DNA from: Octopus vulgaris
Taxonomy: Eukaryota
Reading direction: 5' to 3'
NCBI GenBank assembly: GCA_951406725.2
Contig: OX597824.1
Span: 63,984,001 to 64,048,000, forward strand
DNA length: 64,000 bases
A program made the position numbers and the translations under genes. The notes under the pieces are model-generated. The model had not been told where the DNA came from. It searched no databases and saw nothing but the letters and a program-made list of their open reading frames with translations. Positions 13,300 through 25,873 of the stretch are shown piece after piece. Within the stretch, counting starts at the first letter, position 1. Every line of letters begins with the position of its first letter.

Positions 13300-13793
13300 T
13301 TATTCATCAATCAACCCTATTATACTCAATAAGGCACTCTGGCATGCACACAATAAAGCAGGTCTCTCTAGTTGTAATAAGATGGGTGATTTTAATTCTA
13401 ATATTGACAACACAAAACATGATAAAATTCCTTTACAGAGTAAGAGAGGCAACTGTTATTTAAGCCCATTTTTTCACTCTAGAGGTATTTCACCGTTCTT
13501 TATAGATAGTACCACTTACAATTTGACTGTTACTAGGAAAACTATTTGGTTTGTTATTACGTATGGAAGGCAAATTAAATCTAATCTTCCTTTGCAGTTC
13601 CATGAAGCGGTTGGTAAGAACTTTCCAAAAAAATTCTAGATATTATTCAATTATTGATTCTCATATAGTTAGAGTTGCCTTCTCTAACACAAAGAATCTT
13701 TCACAAATTATATCTTCTCATAATACCAGTCTGCTAAATAAAAGTTCATTTTCTGAGAGTTCTAACATTAATTTTGTTAATACCATCCCTTCC

Positions 13794-13846
<53 letters not shown>

Positions 13847-13985
13847 CATAGTTTTGGTCTCCAAGGAATTAAATTTATGTCTAATAATTCTAAGATTAAG
13901 AATTCTATATACCAATGTAGAATTACTTCCGGTACCGATGTCTATTTCTATATTGGCGCTTCCTCTTCCCAGTTATCTAAGATAA
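13300..13985 (+). mobile_element. Second Penelope-like element fragment (RT C-terminus/linker and start of GIY-YIG)
   Basis: RVAFSNTKNLSQIISSHN and NSIYQCRIT...FYIGASS motifs; internal (AAT)n expansion. Confidence 0.7.
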
Positions 13986-14089
<104 letters not shown>

Positions 14090-14189
14090 TTTATCTTGTA
14101 TCGGTTATCATAAGCAAAGTAAGCATATTTTATACATATATATATTGGAAAGATCGGCTGTTATATCAATAAAAAGAACGCAAACTTAC

Positions 14190-14364
14190 TTAGATGTGAA
14201 GCCATTTCTTTGAAGCCATGCACGGACTTCCGGTTGGTTGGATGTTGAAGTAATACTAGATGAGCGTGGTTTTCGGTTCTGTTGCATGTGCTCATAGTCA
14301 TTGGTAATGTGTGTGCTATCTATTTGAGCGACAATATTGTCAACTACGTCCATACCTGTGTTTT
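14190..14364 (-). CDS. Coding exon of an EPS8-family SAM (SAM_3-like) domain gene, N-terminal half of the domain
   Basis: Minus strand: acceptor tttaatttttcag|AAAAC and donor TCTAA|gtaagt. Translation (E)NTGMDVVDNIVAQIDSTHITNDYEHMQQNRKPRSSSITSTSNQPEVRAWLQRNGFTSK resembles EPS8 'ITYDSTPEDVKTWLQSKGF'. Phase 1 in, phase 2 out. Confidence 0.8.
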
Positions 14365-14563
14365 CTGAAAAATTAAAGACAAAATTGTTTAAATACAGCG
14401 GCCAAATTGAAACTGTCATAAGCGGCAAATAACCTGGAGGTGGGATATAGTGGCGCTAAATTCTTAGAGGGACCATGATTTTTCTCAAAAATCTTAGGCT
14501 TATCATCATGATGATGAGGGTGAACGTGACAAGTAGTTGTCATAACAGTAAGAATATTAATAA

Positions 14564-15051
14564 CACTGTGTAACACAATTTTTGTCCTTGGGTAGCAACT
14601 GTTATTTCCTATTTGCTTACCCCTAGAATGTATGAAAAATGGCTAACATTTCCTTCAAACTTTGCTTTTGTAACATTTATTCAAGCCCCAAAGAACCCTT
14701 ATCAGCACATGGTTATGATGCTCCCAGCCCACTACTCTTGGTCATGATCAAAGGGGCACATATTGTCAGCTAGTAAGGGCCATGCTCAAGTGGTTAAAGT
14801 CAAGCAACTGAGAAGTAAATTTGTAGTATTGAACAGAATATTTGCTATAACGATATTTCTGCTTTAGCAACTCGGCGCTGAATCTGTCTGAAATGTAATG
14901 GAAAATAGTGACAGTTTCAGAACACTAATGTCCAGGTCACAAAAGCAAAGTTTAAAAGGAATGGCAGTCATTTCCTTTGATTTCTAGATAGAAGCAAACA
15001 GAAAACAGCACTTATTGACCAAAGACAAAGAAAAAATTTTGTTACACTATG
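14564..15051. mobile_element. Tc1-like non-autonomous element with ~110-bp degenerate TIRs
   Basis: Ends cactgtgtaacacaattttt / aaaaatttttgttacactatg|ta; inner inverted match cattccttcaaactttgcttttgt / acaaaagcaaagtttaaaaggaatg. Confidence 0.6.
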
Positions 15052-15410
15052 TAATTAGTCGTCGGCAGTTCAGGTGCAGGTCGTGAAGATGATGACAATG
15101 GAAATGTAAGTAGTAAGATGATACTAGCAGTAGTTGTTATAGTGGCGGTGGTAACAATATTCCAGAGTGGTTACAATCGTTGTTGCAGGAACACTAGAGG
15201 GTTGTTGTTGTCGTCGTCGTCTTCTTCTCCTCCTCCTCCTCCTCCTCCTTCTTCTTCTTCTTCTTCTTCTTCTTCTTCTTCTTCTTCTTCTTCTTCTTCT
15301 TCTTCTTCTTCTTCTTCTTCTCCTCATCCTCCTCTTCCTCCTTCTTCTTCTTCTTCTTCTTCTCCTCCTCCTCCTCCTCCTCCTTCTTCTTCTTCTTCTT
15401 CTTCTTCTTC

Positions 15411-15885
15411 CAATCAGGACTCACGCCATTAGCCACAAAGAATGATCTCTAAGCCTACTCTAAGCTACTAAGAATGCGTGTGGCAACTTGAAGATCCAGC
15501 CATCACACGCGATAGACGGGCAGTTGCACGGGCGCGAAAGCTACGTTGTTATCCTCATTCCGTAAACTGTGGCTTTTAACGGGTGGAGAGCTGAACCATC
15601 CTGGGGTACAGACGATTCACAATCTAGATTAGGGGCTGAAAGTTTACCACACCATAGTGGGTTACACCATGGTTCCTCTGCTTTGTGGCAGAAGTAGGAA
15701 GAAAGAGTGAGAGAAAGTTGTGGTGAAAGGGTACAGGGGGGTTCACCCCACCCCCACCCCGCCGGAGCCTCGTAGCACTTAGGTGTTTTCGCTCAATAAA
15801 CACTCACAATACCCGGTCTGGGAATCGAAACCACGTTCTTACGACCGCGAGTCCGCTGCCCTAACCACTGGGCCATTGCACCTCC
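15411..15885 (-). mobile_element. Family B SINE with an unrelated ~280-bp tail ending in (GAA)n
   Basis: Same head and body as the 7676 and 48092 copies. Confidence 0.75.
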
Positions 15886-15890
15886 ACTGG

Positions 15891-15922
<32 letters not shown>

Positions 15923-16145
15923 GGCGGCGGCGGCGGCGGTCGACGTCGTCGTCGTCGTCATTGTCGTCATCGTGGTCGTCGTCGTCGTCATAGAGGTGAC
16001 AAGGATAAGGGTGATAAATTTTACACATTTATTTAACAAAACGAAATAAACAATGCTAAAAAAAAGTAAAAGTCTGATAGAAACTTCATATTTCAACATG
16101 AATAGGATAAGCTTATAAATACATCAATATATTTATAATACAAAT

Positions 16146-16232
<87 letters not shown>

Positions 16233-16796
16233 TACATGTTTGGGTGCATATTTATACACGCATGCATGCATGTACATATATATACACACCTATATATAAA
16301 TGCATACAGATATATATATGCATACGCATACATATACCGAGAGAGGGGAGGAGAGAGAGAGATCTATACAAAAAGGATGTGTGTGTGCGTGTTTGTATAT
16401 TCAAGTCATTTTTAATGATAAGAAGGAATATCCATAAAAGACAATTCCACTGAGACAATAAATATGGTAACTCTCAATCCCTCTCTCTCTCCTTCTCTCT
16501 CTCTCCCCCCCTTCCCGCTTTTTCCCTCTAAAACAATTCTAACAGCATATTTCATATCATCAGGTTTATATATATTAACCAATTGACGTGGAATATAATT
16601 TAATGTCAGCAGAAAGTTATCTAGAAAAATAAAATAACATTTTAAAAAATGGAAACGAAAGAATATTATTTTTAAAAATGTACAAGTTAAAAGAAAAATC
16701 GTATGGTTTAATAATGATGACACCAAGAACAATAGTAAAAATAAAGAAAATCTCTCATATGTAGAAATAAAGATGATAATAATGATGATGATGTTA

Positions 16797-16846
<50 letters not shown>

Positions 16847-17119
16847 AATGGTCTCTAATATAGATAGGCATTATCATACCCCTTGTCCTCATTCACATTA
16901 TCCTTATCATCAATCCCCATTGTCGTTGTTGTCATAATCCTTACCACAAACAATATTGTCCATACTTCATCTTCACAATTCTCATCATTGTCATCAAAAT
17001 TTTCATCAGCATGGTAGCTGTTGTCATCATCGTTGTCACCAGCATCATCACCATCACCAGTATAAATGTTTGTCGAAAAACGGTGAATCTGAAGGGATCT
17101 TTTTTTAAATCTTTCAGTG

Positions 17120-17228
17120 CGCGCCTCGTGAGTCAGGGTAGCTGTTCCAGCGCATCTCCCTCACCACCCTCGGTAACAACGCTTTCTCTTCTGGGTACAT
17201 GAAACAGAGTCTGACTTAAATGAAATCG
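17120..17228 (+). mobile_element. Short 3' piece of the same CRE-like family
   Basis: cctcgtgagtcag..gttccagcgcatct..caacgc aligns to 38739-38850. Confidence 0.6.
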
Positions 17229-17296
17229 TACGTTCCACTCCTTGAATACTTAGATCCACGCAATGATTTATTGTTTCCAATAATTTATTTTTTCCA

Positions 17297-17706
17297 GGCT
17301 TAGGAGTGGCTGTGTGGTAAGTAGCTTGCTTACAAACCACATGGTTCCGGGTTCAGTCCCACTGCGTGACACCTTGGGCAAGTGTCTTCTACTATAGCCC
17401 CGAGCCGACCAAAGCCTTGTGAGTGGATTTGGTAGACGGAAACTGAAAGCAGCCCGTCGTATATATGTATATATGTGTGTATGTGTGTATATGTTTGCGT
17501 GTCTGTGTTTGTACCCCCAACATCGCTTGACAACCGATGCTGGCGTGTTTACGTCCTCGTAACTTAGCGTTTCGGCAAAAGAGACCAGTAGAATAAGTAC
17601 TAGGCTTACAAAGAATAAGTCCTGGGGTCGATTTGCTCGACTAAAGGCGGTGTTCCAGCATGGCCACAGTCACATGACTGAAACAAGTAAAAGAGTAAAA
17701 GAGTAA
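17297..17706 (+). mobile_element. Full-length tRNA-headed SINE, family A (central TA/TG microsatellite, CR1-type tail)
   Basis: A box gtggctgtgtggtaag, B-box-like ggttcagtcc, tail ggcggtgttccagcatggccacagtc..tgactgaaac, then (AAAGAGT)n; many copies in the window. Confidence 0.88.
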
Positions 17707-17934
17707 AGAAATTAGTAACATTTGGTTATATTGAGATCGTGGTACTGGTACTGACGCTCAGCAGGCGAATAGTTTCGACACACAGGGCCCAGACATTTAT
17801 AGGAAGAGAGCACTCGATTAAACGGACCCTAGTAATTAACGAGTGCTTTATTCAAGAGATGTAAAGCAAAATCAATTACAGCAGATTTTGAACATAGAGC
17901 ACAAATGGATGTAACTAAATACTAACTCCTAGCT

Positions 17935-18532
17935 GGCATGACCGTATGTAAGAAGCTTGCTTCCCAATCACATGGTTCCGAGTTCAGTCCCACTGCGTGG
18001 CACCTTGAGAAAGTGTCTTCTGCTATAGCCTTGGGATGACAAAAGCTTTTTGAGTTGATTTGGTAGACGGAAACTGAAAGAAGCCCGTCGTATATATGTA
18101 CATATATACATATTTCCGTAGAAATATCTATGGAAATCGATATTTCCAGTGAAATATAATAAAACCGGATCCATTTCCTCCTTTAATATCCGGATTGATT
18201 TCATACACAATATGGACTCCAATGAAATATATATACATATATATATGCATGTGTGTGTGTGCACGTGTGTGCACGTGTGTGCACGTGTGTGAGTGCATGT
18301 GTCTTTGTGTCTGTGTTTGTCCCCCTCCTCACCACCTGACAACCGGTGTTGGTGTGTTTACGTCACATTAATTTAGCGGTTTGGCAAGAGAGGCTGACAG
18401 AATAAGTACTAGCCTTTAAAAACAAGTCCTGTGGTCGATTTGTTCGACTAAAAAATAAAGACCTTCAAGGTGGTGTTCCAGCATGACCGCAGTCAAATGA
18501 CTGAAACAACTAAAAGAATAAAAGAATAAAAT
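17935..18532 (+). mobile_element. Family A SINE with a ~115-bp insertion in its central microsatellite
   Basis: Colinear with 17297-17706 except for 18115-18229. Confidence 0.82.
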
Positions 18533-18857
18533 AGACACAAGACCCCAAATTTGGTTGGGGAAGGATTTCTCGATAAATTTTGGTTCAGTTCATGGGTGGT
18601 ACTTTATTTTATTGTTTCCTGAAAGATGAACTATAAAGTTGACTGTAGTAGGATTGGAACTCAGAATATAAAAAGACAAAAGAAAAATACTTCAAGGCAT
18701 TCTACACAACTCTTCACCGATTCTACTTGTCCATAACTCTCTCTGACAACTCTACCATACCCTCAACCTGATATTGTACCACATCCTCATCCTGATGATC
18801 TACCAGTTCTACTATTCACCACTCCGATGTCCTACAGATTTTGGCGATCTACCGCCC

Positions 18858-18933
<76 letters not shown>

Positions 18934-20383
18934 TGATGATGATGATGATACTAAAAATGCTTTTGTTTATATTTTTTGGTAATTTGCATATTTTTGTTCA
19001 AATAAAAGCAACAAAATGTAATAAAACAAGTCAGAAAATATAATGATCTTAATGATACGAGACGTTGATTGATTCCAATCCATAGGTTAATGGTAGCAAT
19101 AAAAATCCTTCAGCAATAGAACAAGTTTTAATAAAGTCATTGAATTTTTCAGCTGTGTTTTCGTTGTTGTGACTTTTTCGGGTTGTTTAGTTTTTGGTTC
19201 TTTGTTTTTTCTTTTGTTTTGTCTTTTTTTATTATTATTGGTTATCTCGCTATTTCACTGGAGTCCATATTGTGTATGAAATCAATCCGGATATTAAAGT
19301 TTATGACTAGGAGAAAATGGATCCGGCTTTTGTATATTTCACTAGAAATATCGATTTCCATGGATATTTCTACGGATTATTTCTCACAAATTAAAATTTA
19401 GTAAGATAATAATAATAGTAACAACATAAAAGTACTACATAACTGTAACAGTAAAAATAAAAATCTAATTTCTTAGAAATTTCAGCGAGTTTCCAGAGCT
19501 GTTATCAGTTTCAATAAGGGGAATAAAATATCGTAGAGAAAAGTGGGGAACGTGGAGATGTGAGAAAGTGACGGAGAACTTACAGGAGGGTTAAAATAAG
19601 ACAGGCACAGAAAGAGAGTAAGATGGAGATATTTAATGATGTACAGATAGAAAGAGGTGGGGAATGAAATGATATCCGGTGGGAAGCAGATATATGTAAA
19701 GATAGGGAGGCTACACAGAGACAGATAGTTAGAGAGACAGACATACACACACAGACTGAAAGATGAATAGCTAGAATGAAGACAAATACGAATAAGTATA
19801 AAAAGGGAGAGAGAGACAGAAACTGAGAGCGACAGTGGAAGATAAAATACAGAGAATTAATAAACACTGAGAGACAGACAATATAGAGAAAGGGGCATAA
19901 AAGTATGTGAAAAAGAAGAGATAGAGTGGACGAAAGTACAGGAAAAAGAAATATGGCGGCTTGCTTTCAGCTGAGTTTTACTGTCAATGGAGACATCGTT
20001 CTAGTGTTTTTCATTGTACGACTTCTACTCACAACAATTTGCAATCAAGGGAACCCCATTTCGGAGAAGTTAGAATATATATTAGCAAATAATTTCTTGG
20101 TTTATTGGATAGACTAAGTGACTAAGTATAAGTTTCGTTGCTGGTTTCAATATCCGTTACTTGTAAACATGGCAACCTAATATATTGGTTTGTATGTCAA
20201 TGTAAGTACGTGTATCTGTCTAAGTGTCTATGTATGTTCAGATAACAAAAGCACAAGATGTGTGTGTGTGTGTGCGCATGAGTGCATGTATAGATATGAT
20301 ATGTGTATGTGTGCATAAATACATACTATATACATATATATATATTTACGTACATGCATACAAAGGGTCTTCTTTTCTTCAAC

Positions 20384-20415
<32 letters not shown>

Positions 20416-20523
20416 CACACACACACGCGCACACAGACATGCACAATAGAAGGTAAAATTCGTGATAACAGTTCGTTTACTACCATTATTCATACAATAT
20501 CTGAATACCTGTGTGAATGTGTG

Positions 20524-20564
<41 letters not shown>

Positions 20565-20569
<5 letters not shown>

Positions 20570-20945
20570 GAGCAAAACGCCCCCCTCCCCATCGTCCAAT
20601 GGACGGTGCTGAGTTGTCAAACATTTAAACCAAATTTTCTCAAAATAACTTGTCCGACCGTCCCATAGGCCTCCCCTTTGAGAAACACTGATTTAACCCA
20701 AATTTGAGACACCAGCAAAAGACGGATTTCGACTAATGAACTTGCGCGTACAAATGCACGTTCCCACGGCTTTATCGATCGCATTCTCACCTGGAATCGA
20801 TTTTTATAATTTTTTCAAGACTTATACACGCCCTGATACCGTCGGTATCTACATATCAAATTTGAGTGCAGTCGGATGGAGGATGCTCGAGATCCTAGAA
20901 GACACACATACAGACAGACAGAACGGATTTTATATTATATATATA
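20565..20945. mobile_element. Helitron/DINE-like non-autonomous repeat fragment
   Basis: Ends caaatttgagtgcagtcgg...acatacagacagacagaacggattttatat, a typical HINE/Lep1-like terminus, between (TA)n tracts. Confidence 0.35.
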
Positions 20946-21212
20946 TATATATAATGTATATGAAATTGTGTGTTCATCTGTGTTCAGCTGTTTGCTGGTC
21001 TATGTATTTATAAGGCCGCTTGGTCATAACATTCATCCTCTCTTCCGTATGCATTTTCACATACACACATGTACGCACTCATTATGTATGTTTGTGTGCG
21101 CGTGTGTGTGCATGTGTATGTGTGTGTGTGCGTGTGTGTATGTATGTGAGTGCAGTTTTTCATCTATATATTTCCTTCTTTTTCTATTTATCTGTATATA
21201 TGTGTGTATCTA

Positions 21213-22025
21213 TGAGGGGAAGTCAAAAATTATCCGCACTTTCGCCATAACATATCTTTATTATTGTCGCACTGCCTTCTACGCTTGCATGCCTATAGTT
21301 GGTACTATTGTGGTCACGTGATTGAAGGTTGAACCTGATCGCGCCATTTTTCTTTCTGACTTTACAGTGTAAACATGGTCGCTCCACTTGCAATGTACAC
21401 CAAAGAAGAACAAAGAGCAGTGATCCGATTTCTCGGGTCGGTAGGTGTGTCAGGTGCTGAATTCATTGGAAACTTTTAGTACAAAACAGGGACAGCGAAT
21501 AAGAAATTCAAGACTCAGTCTTCCGCGGGAAAGACGATGTTAACCCTTTTGGGGAATTCAAAAGGCATATACTGGAAGACTACCTGGAGAAAAGGGGTGT
21601 ACGATCAACAGTGCAAGATACAGTGCTTTGCTGGCCAACAAATTGAAGCCAGTAATTTGCACCAAGCGCTGAAGCCTATTGTCGAAGGAAGTCTTGTTGT
21701 TGCATGACAATGCACGCTCACATACGGCCGTCCAGACCGATTAAATCATTAACCTTCTCACAATCATATCTTTGGATCGCTCAAAGATGATTTACGGGGT
21801 CGTTGATTTCCTACGGATGAAGATGTGAAGGAAACGGTGCATAAATGGTTCCACGACCAACCGATAACCTTCTTGATGGAGAGAATACGCAAATTTGTGG
21901 ACAGCTGAACGAAGTGCATCGAAAAGGAAGAAGACTGTCTAGAAAAATGACGTACATGTTTATCCCCTACTTTTGTGCAAATACATTGTAAAACAAGAGT
22001 GCGTATAATTTTTGACTCTCTCGCG
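21213..22025 (+). mobile_element. Internally deleted mariner element
   Basis: TIRs ta|tgaggggaagtcaaaaattatccgcact and agtgcgtataatttttgactctctcgcg|ta; remnants EEQRAVIRFL, LLHDNARSH and KCIEKEED. Confidence 0.85.
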
Positions 22026-22486
22026 TATATGTTTGTTACTCTGTGTTTGTCATTTTACGTGTATAACACACATCCATGCGTGTAAACAGGCACATAGCCA
22101 TGCGCGCGCAGGTACACACACACACACATCATTGCATGCTCATATGAATGGTAGTCTCTCACACTCCGAAAAACACGGTTCGGCAATTTCTTCCAGAACA
22201 ACATGCATAAATGGCTTGTTTACAGTGATCGAATGTATATGCTGCTCATTTACTCACTCCTTTCATCAGATCGACGTTACCTGTACAAGTACCACATGTA
22301 AGATGGTCAGATGTCAAAGTTATCACATAGCAAGGTGAGACGAAATATTTTTTCTCAGGAATACAACGCACTACACCGTCTAGTAATTGAAACCACAATC
22401 TCGCAATCATCAGTGCAATGCCATAACGCGCTCTCACATACACATTTATATCCATCTATTCATACAAACCCAGACACACTCAACAC

Positions 22487-22567
<81 letters not shown>

Positions 22568-22699
22568 GCATCTATTCATACACACACACACACACACATA
22601 TTCATATATGCACACATAGACAGACGCAGAGAGTCAGACTAGCGGATGGACGGAGGCACAAGCAAACAAGTCTTAATACTAATTTATCCGAAGTCAGCG

Positions 22700-23000
22700 A
22701 CCTGGCATAGTCGTTAGTACACCAGGAAAAATGCTTATCGGAAATTCGTCCGACGTCGCGTTCTGAGTTCAAATTCCACCGAGGTCAACTTTGTCTTTCA
22801 TCATTTTGGGGTAGATTAAATAGGTACCGGTTGAGCACTGGGGTCGATGCAATCGACTTACCCCCTGCCCCTTAATTGCTGGCCTTGTGTCATATTTGAA
22901 AACAGTATAAATTAATCCTTAAAGAAAGCGAGCTGGTACAATCGTTAGCAAGCCGGGCAAAATGCTTAACGGCATTTCGTCCGTCTTTACGTTTTGAAGC
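22700..23000 (+). mobile_element. Family C SINE, tandem/dimeric; other copies at 33660-33830 (-), 36400-36750 (+), 43190-43335 (-) and 47130-47340 (+)
   Basis: Recurring ggcagaatcgttagc..aaaatgcttagcggcattt..gttctgagttcaaattcc..gactttgcctttcatcc..gtaccagttgagcactgggg pattern. Confidence 0.75.
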
Positions 23001-23482
23001 TCGGTAACCATGGGAGCTATGAAAAATACAAAGTCCGGCATCACCACCAGATCATTCTACACATCTGTTTAATTTTTCGCGCAATACCACCCAGCCGTTT
23101 GACCGTGAATCCCAAGACAAGAAAGAATCGCCCATGCCAAATTTAGATGTATGTATATATATATGTGTGTGTTGTGTGTGTGTGGTGTGTGTGTGTGTGT
23201 GTGTGTACAAAATTTATGTGTATACATATTTTTATTTCATTTTTTGTTTATATGCCTCTCGGTTTATCATATATTATTTTCTTTATTTTAAAAATTTTAT
23301 TCGTACTTTTTATTCCAGCTCGTCGTTAGTCGATTATTTATGTTTGTTGTATTTTTATGATTTCTTTTATCAATTTTATTTTTATTCTCAGTTCGATAAT
23401 TACTTTTACAAACATTGATTTCCTTGTTTTCCCCATCTCCTTCCCCACCACCATCTAAAACATATAGACAGAGAAATTACTT

Positions 23483-23609
<127 letters not shown>

Positions 23610-24153
23610 ACGTGTGTGTGTAAAAGTATGATTCTAGGATCAAAGATCAATTTTGAAATATATATACATATAGATATATAATACACATACACACATATAT
23701 ATACATAAATGCAAACACGCACACATACATGTGTGTGTGTGTGTGTGTTAACTTCCTGAACCTCTCTATTTCTGCTGACCAATATAATCCTTCTTCTTTC
23801 GCCGTTTTACAAATCCAAAGCTTCCACGCTTCTTTCGATTTCACGTCATACCACGCCTCTAGCACCAAATTTGATATTCCCTACTCAGAATTCTCCCACC
23901 TACGCTTTTACCCAACTCTAATGCTCACTCATTTCACCACGATCTACGATTTCCTACTTTGTGGATACTTCAAGCCAGTGACTCAGTCCGCTATCGTGCC
24001 CTCACTACATACTACGCATACTTATGCACCCCATCTACCTTAATACCAGCCACCCTCCATTTTTTCATTTTCCATTCAGTCAACTTACCTTTCTAACACA
24101 CCATCCTATGGAGCTGCCGACTCTTCTAATCCGACCCAACAATTCACCTCATT

Positions 24154-24409
24154 TTCTTCTTCTTCTTCTTCTTCTTCTTCTTCTTCTTCTTCTTCTTCTT
24201 CTTCTTCTTCTTCTTTTTCTTCTTCTTTTTCTTCTTCTTTTTCTTCTTCTTCTTCTTCTTTTTCTTTTTCTTCTTCTTCTTTTTCTTTTTCTTTTTCTTT
24301 TTCTTCTTCTTCTTCTTCTTCTTCTTCTTTTTCTTCTCCTTCTTCTTCTTCTTCTTCTCCTTCTCCTTCTTCTTCTTCTTCTTCTTCTTCTTCTTCTTCT
24401 TCTTCTTCT
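24154..24409. repeat. (CTT)n microsatellite; similar (CTT/CCT)n at 15220-15410
   Basis: Directly visible; source of the poly-K/R/L/S ORFs. Confidence 0.97.
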
Positions 24410-24910
24410 TGAACAACCTCTCCCTTTCTTCAGACACCACCGTAAACTGCATGGCTTTCTGGTCCTCAGTTCCTTCATTCCTTACCTTAATTAACTTGGA
24501 TCCTATGCCTATTTCCGCTCTCGCTGAAACACAGGTCCTTCTTTAAAACATCACCATTCTAAATATACCTTCATTCATCTTTTGCCGACAGTTCTATTTC
24601 CAAAATCCTCGCCTATTCCATAAAATTCTCTGCGTATAGATTATGGTATATTAATGGCACTTATCGGCGGCTGGTTAATCCATTGACAGAACATATTTTG
24701 AACTTGAGACACATCAATAACAGATTGTTCAAACACGTAACCCTCCACTTCAACCGGCAAGTGTTATTCTATAATAACTTTGTGGTGGCAAAAATTTGTA
24801 AGACGATATATATATATATATATATATATAGTTATCGTCTTACAAAAATTTGCAAGACGATAACTATGCGGAACCCCATCTTATATACGTGCGAATGACT
24901 GTGCGCGCAT

Positions 24911-25046
<136 letters not shown>

Positions 25047-25082
25047 TTATGTATGCATGTATGCATGTATGTATATATAATG

Positions 25083-25670
25083 TCACCTTGATCACCTTGA
25101 CCGACCTGTCCGTCGGGCGTCCATTTGACACCGCTGGTCACAGCACTCCTCTCTGGATCGCGCCTTTCTCATCCACGTGATCCCAATCGTCCTTCTGAAA
25201 TCGTAACTCCACCGTCGTGGAGGCCGAGTGGTCGTTTCCGCTCGCGTGGGTACCTCTCGACAACTGCGCGGGTCCACCGATTATCGGTGAGCCGGGCGAC
25301 GTGTCCAGCCCATCTAAACTTGCTGCGTGCATATTCTGCGATGACATCCCTCACGCCGGACTTCTCTCTGATGACCTCGCTACTGATGCGCTCTCTCAAC
25401 TAGATTCCAAGCATTGACCTTTCCATGGCTCATCGAGCCGTTACCAGTCACTGCTCTTCTCTCTTTGTTGTAGCCCATGTTTCACTACCATATAACATTG
25501 TAGGTAGAACTGTGCTGTTGATGTAGCTGACACGGCTGGTCCTGTCCAACCTTCCCTTGAACACATCCCTTATGCCATTAAACGCCTTCCGTCCGGCCCT
25601 TACTCTCCGTGAGATCTCCTTTGCGATATCTCGGCACATATTCCTGTACTTCCTCTATTTCAACAGGTCG
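25083..25670 (-). mobile_element. RTE-clade LINE, 3' fragment
   Basis: EISRRVRAG..F, VLPTMLYGSETW, KFRWAGHVARL, KRPLG; in-frame stops; short repeated tail caaggtgatcaaggtga. Confidence 0.88.
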
Positions 25671-25797
25671 AACAGTGATGAAACATATAATACATATATA
25701 TTTATATATATGCATGTATGTGTGTGTGTGTGTATGTGTGCATGTGTGTGTATATCTTTTTATATTTATCTTTTGGATTAACTATATATATATATAT

Positions 25798-25872
<75 letters not shown>

Positions 25873-25873
<1 letters not shown>

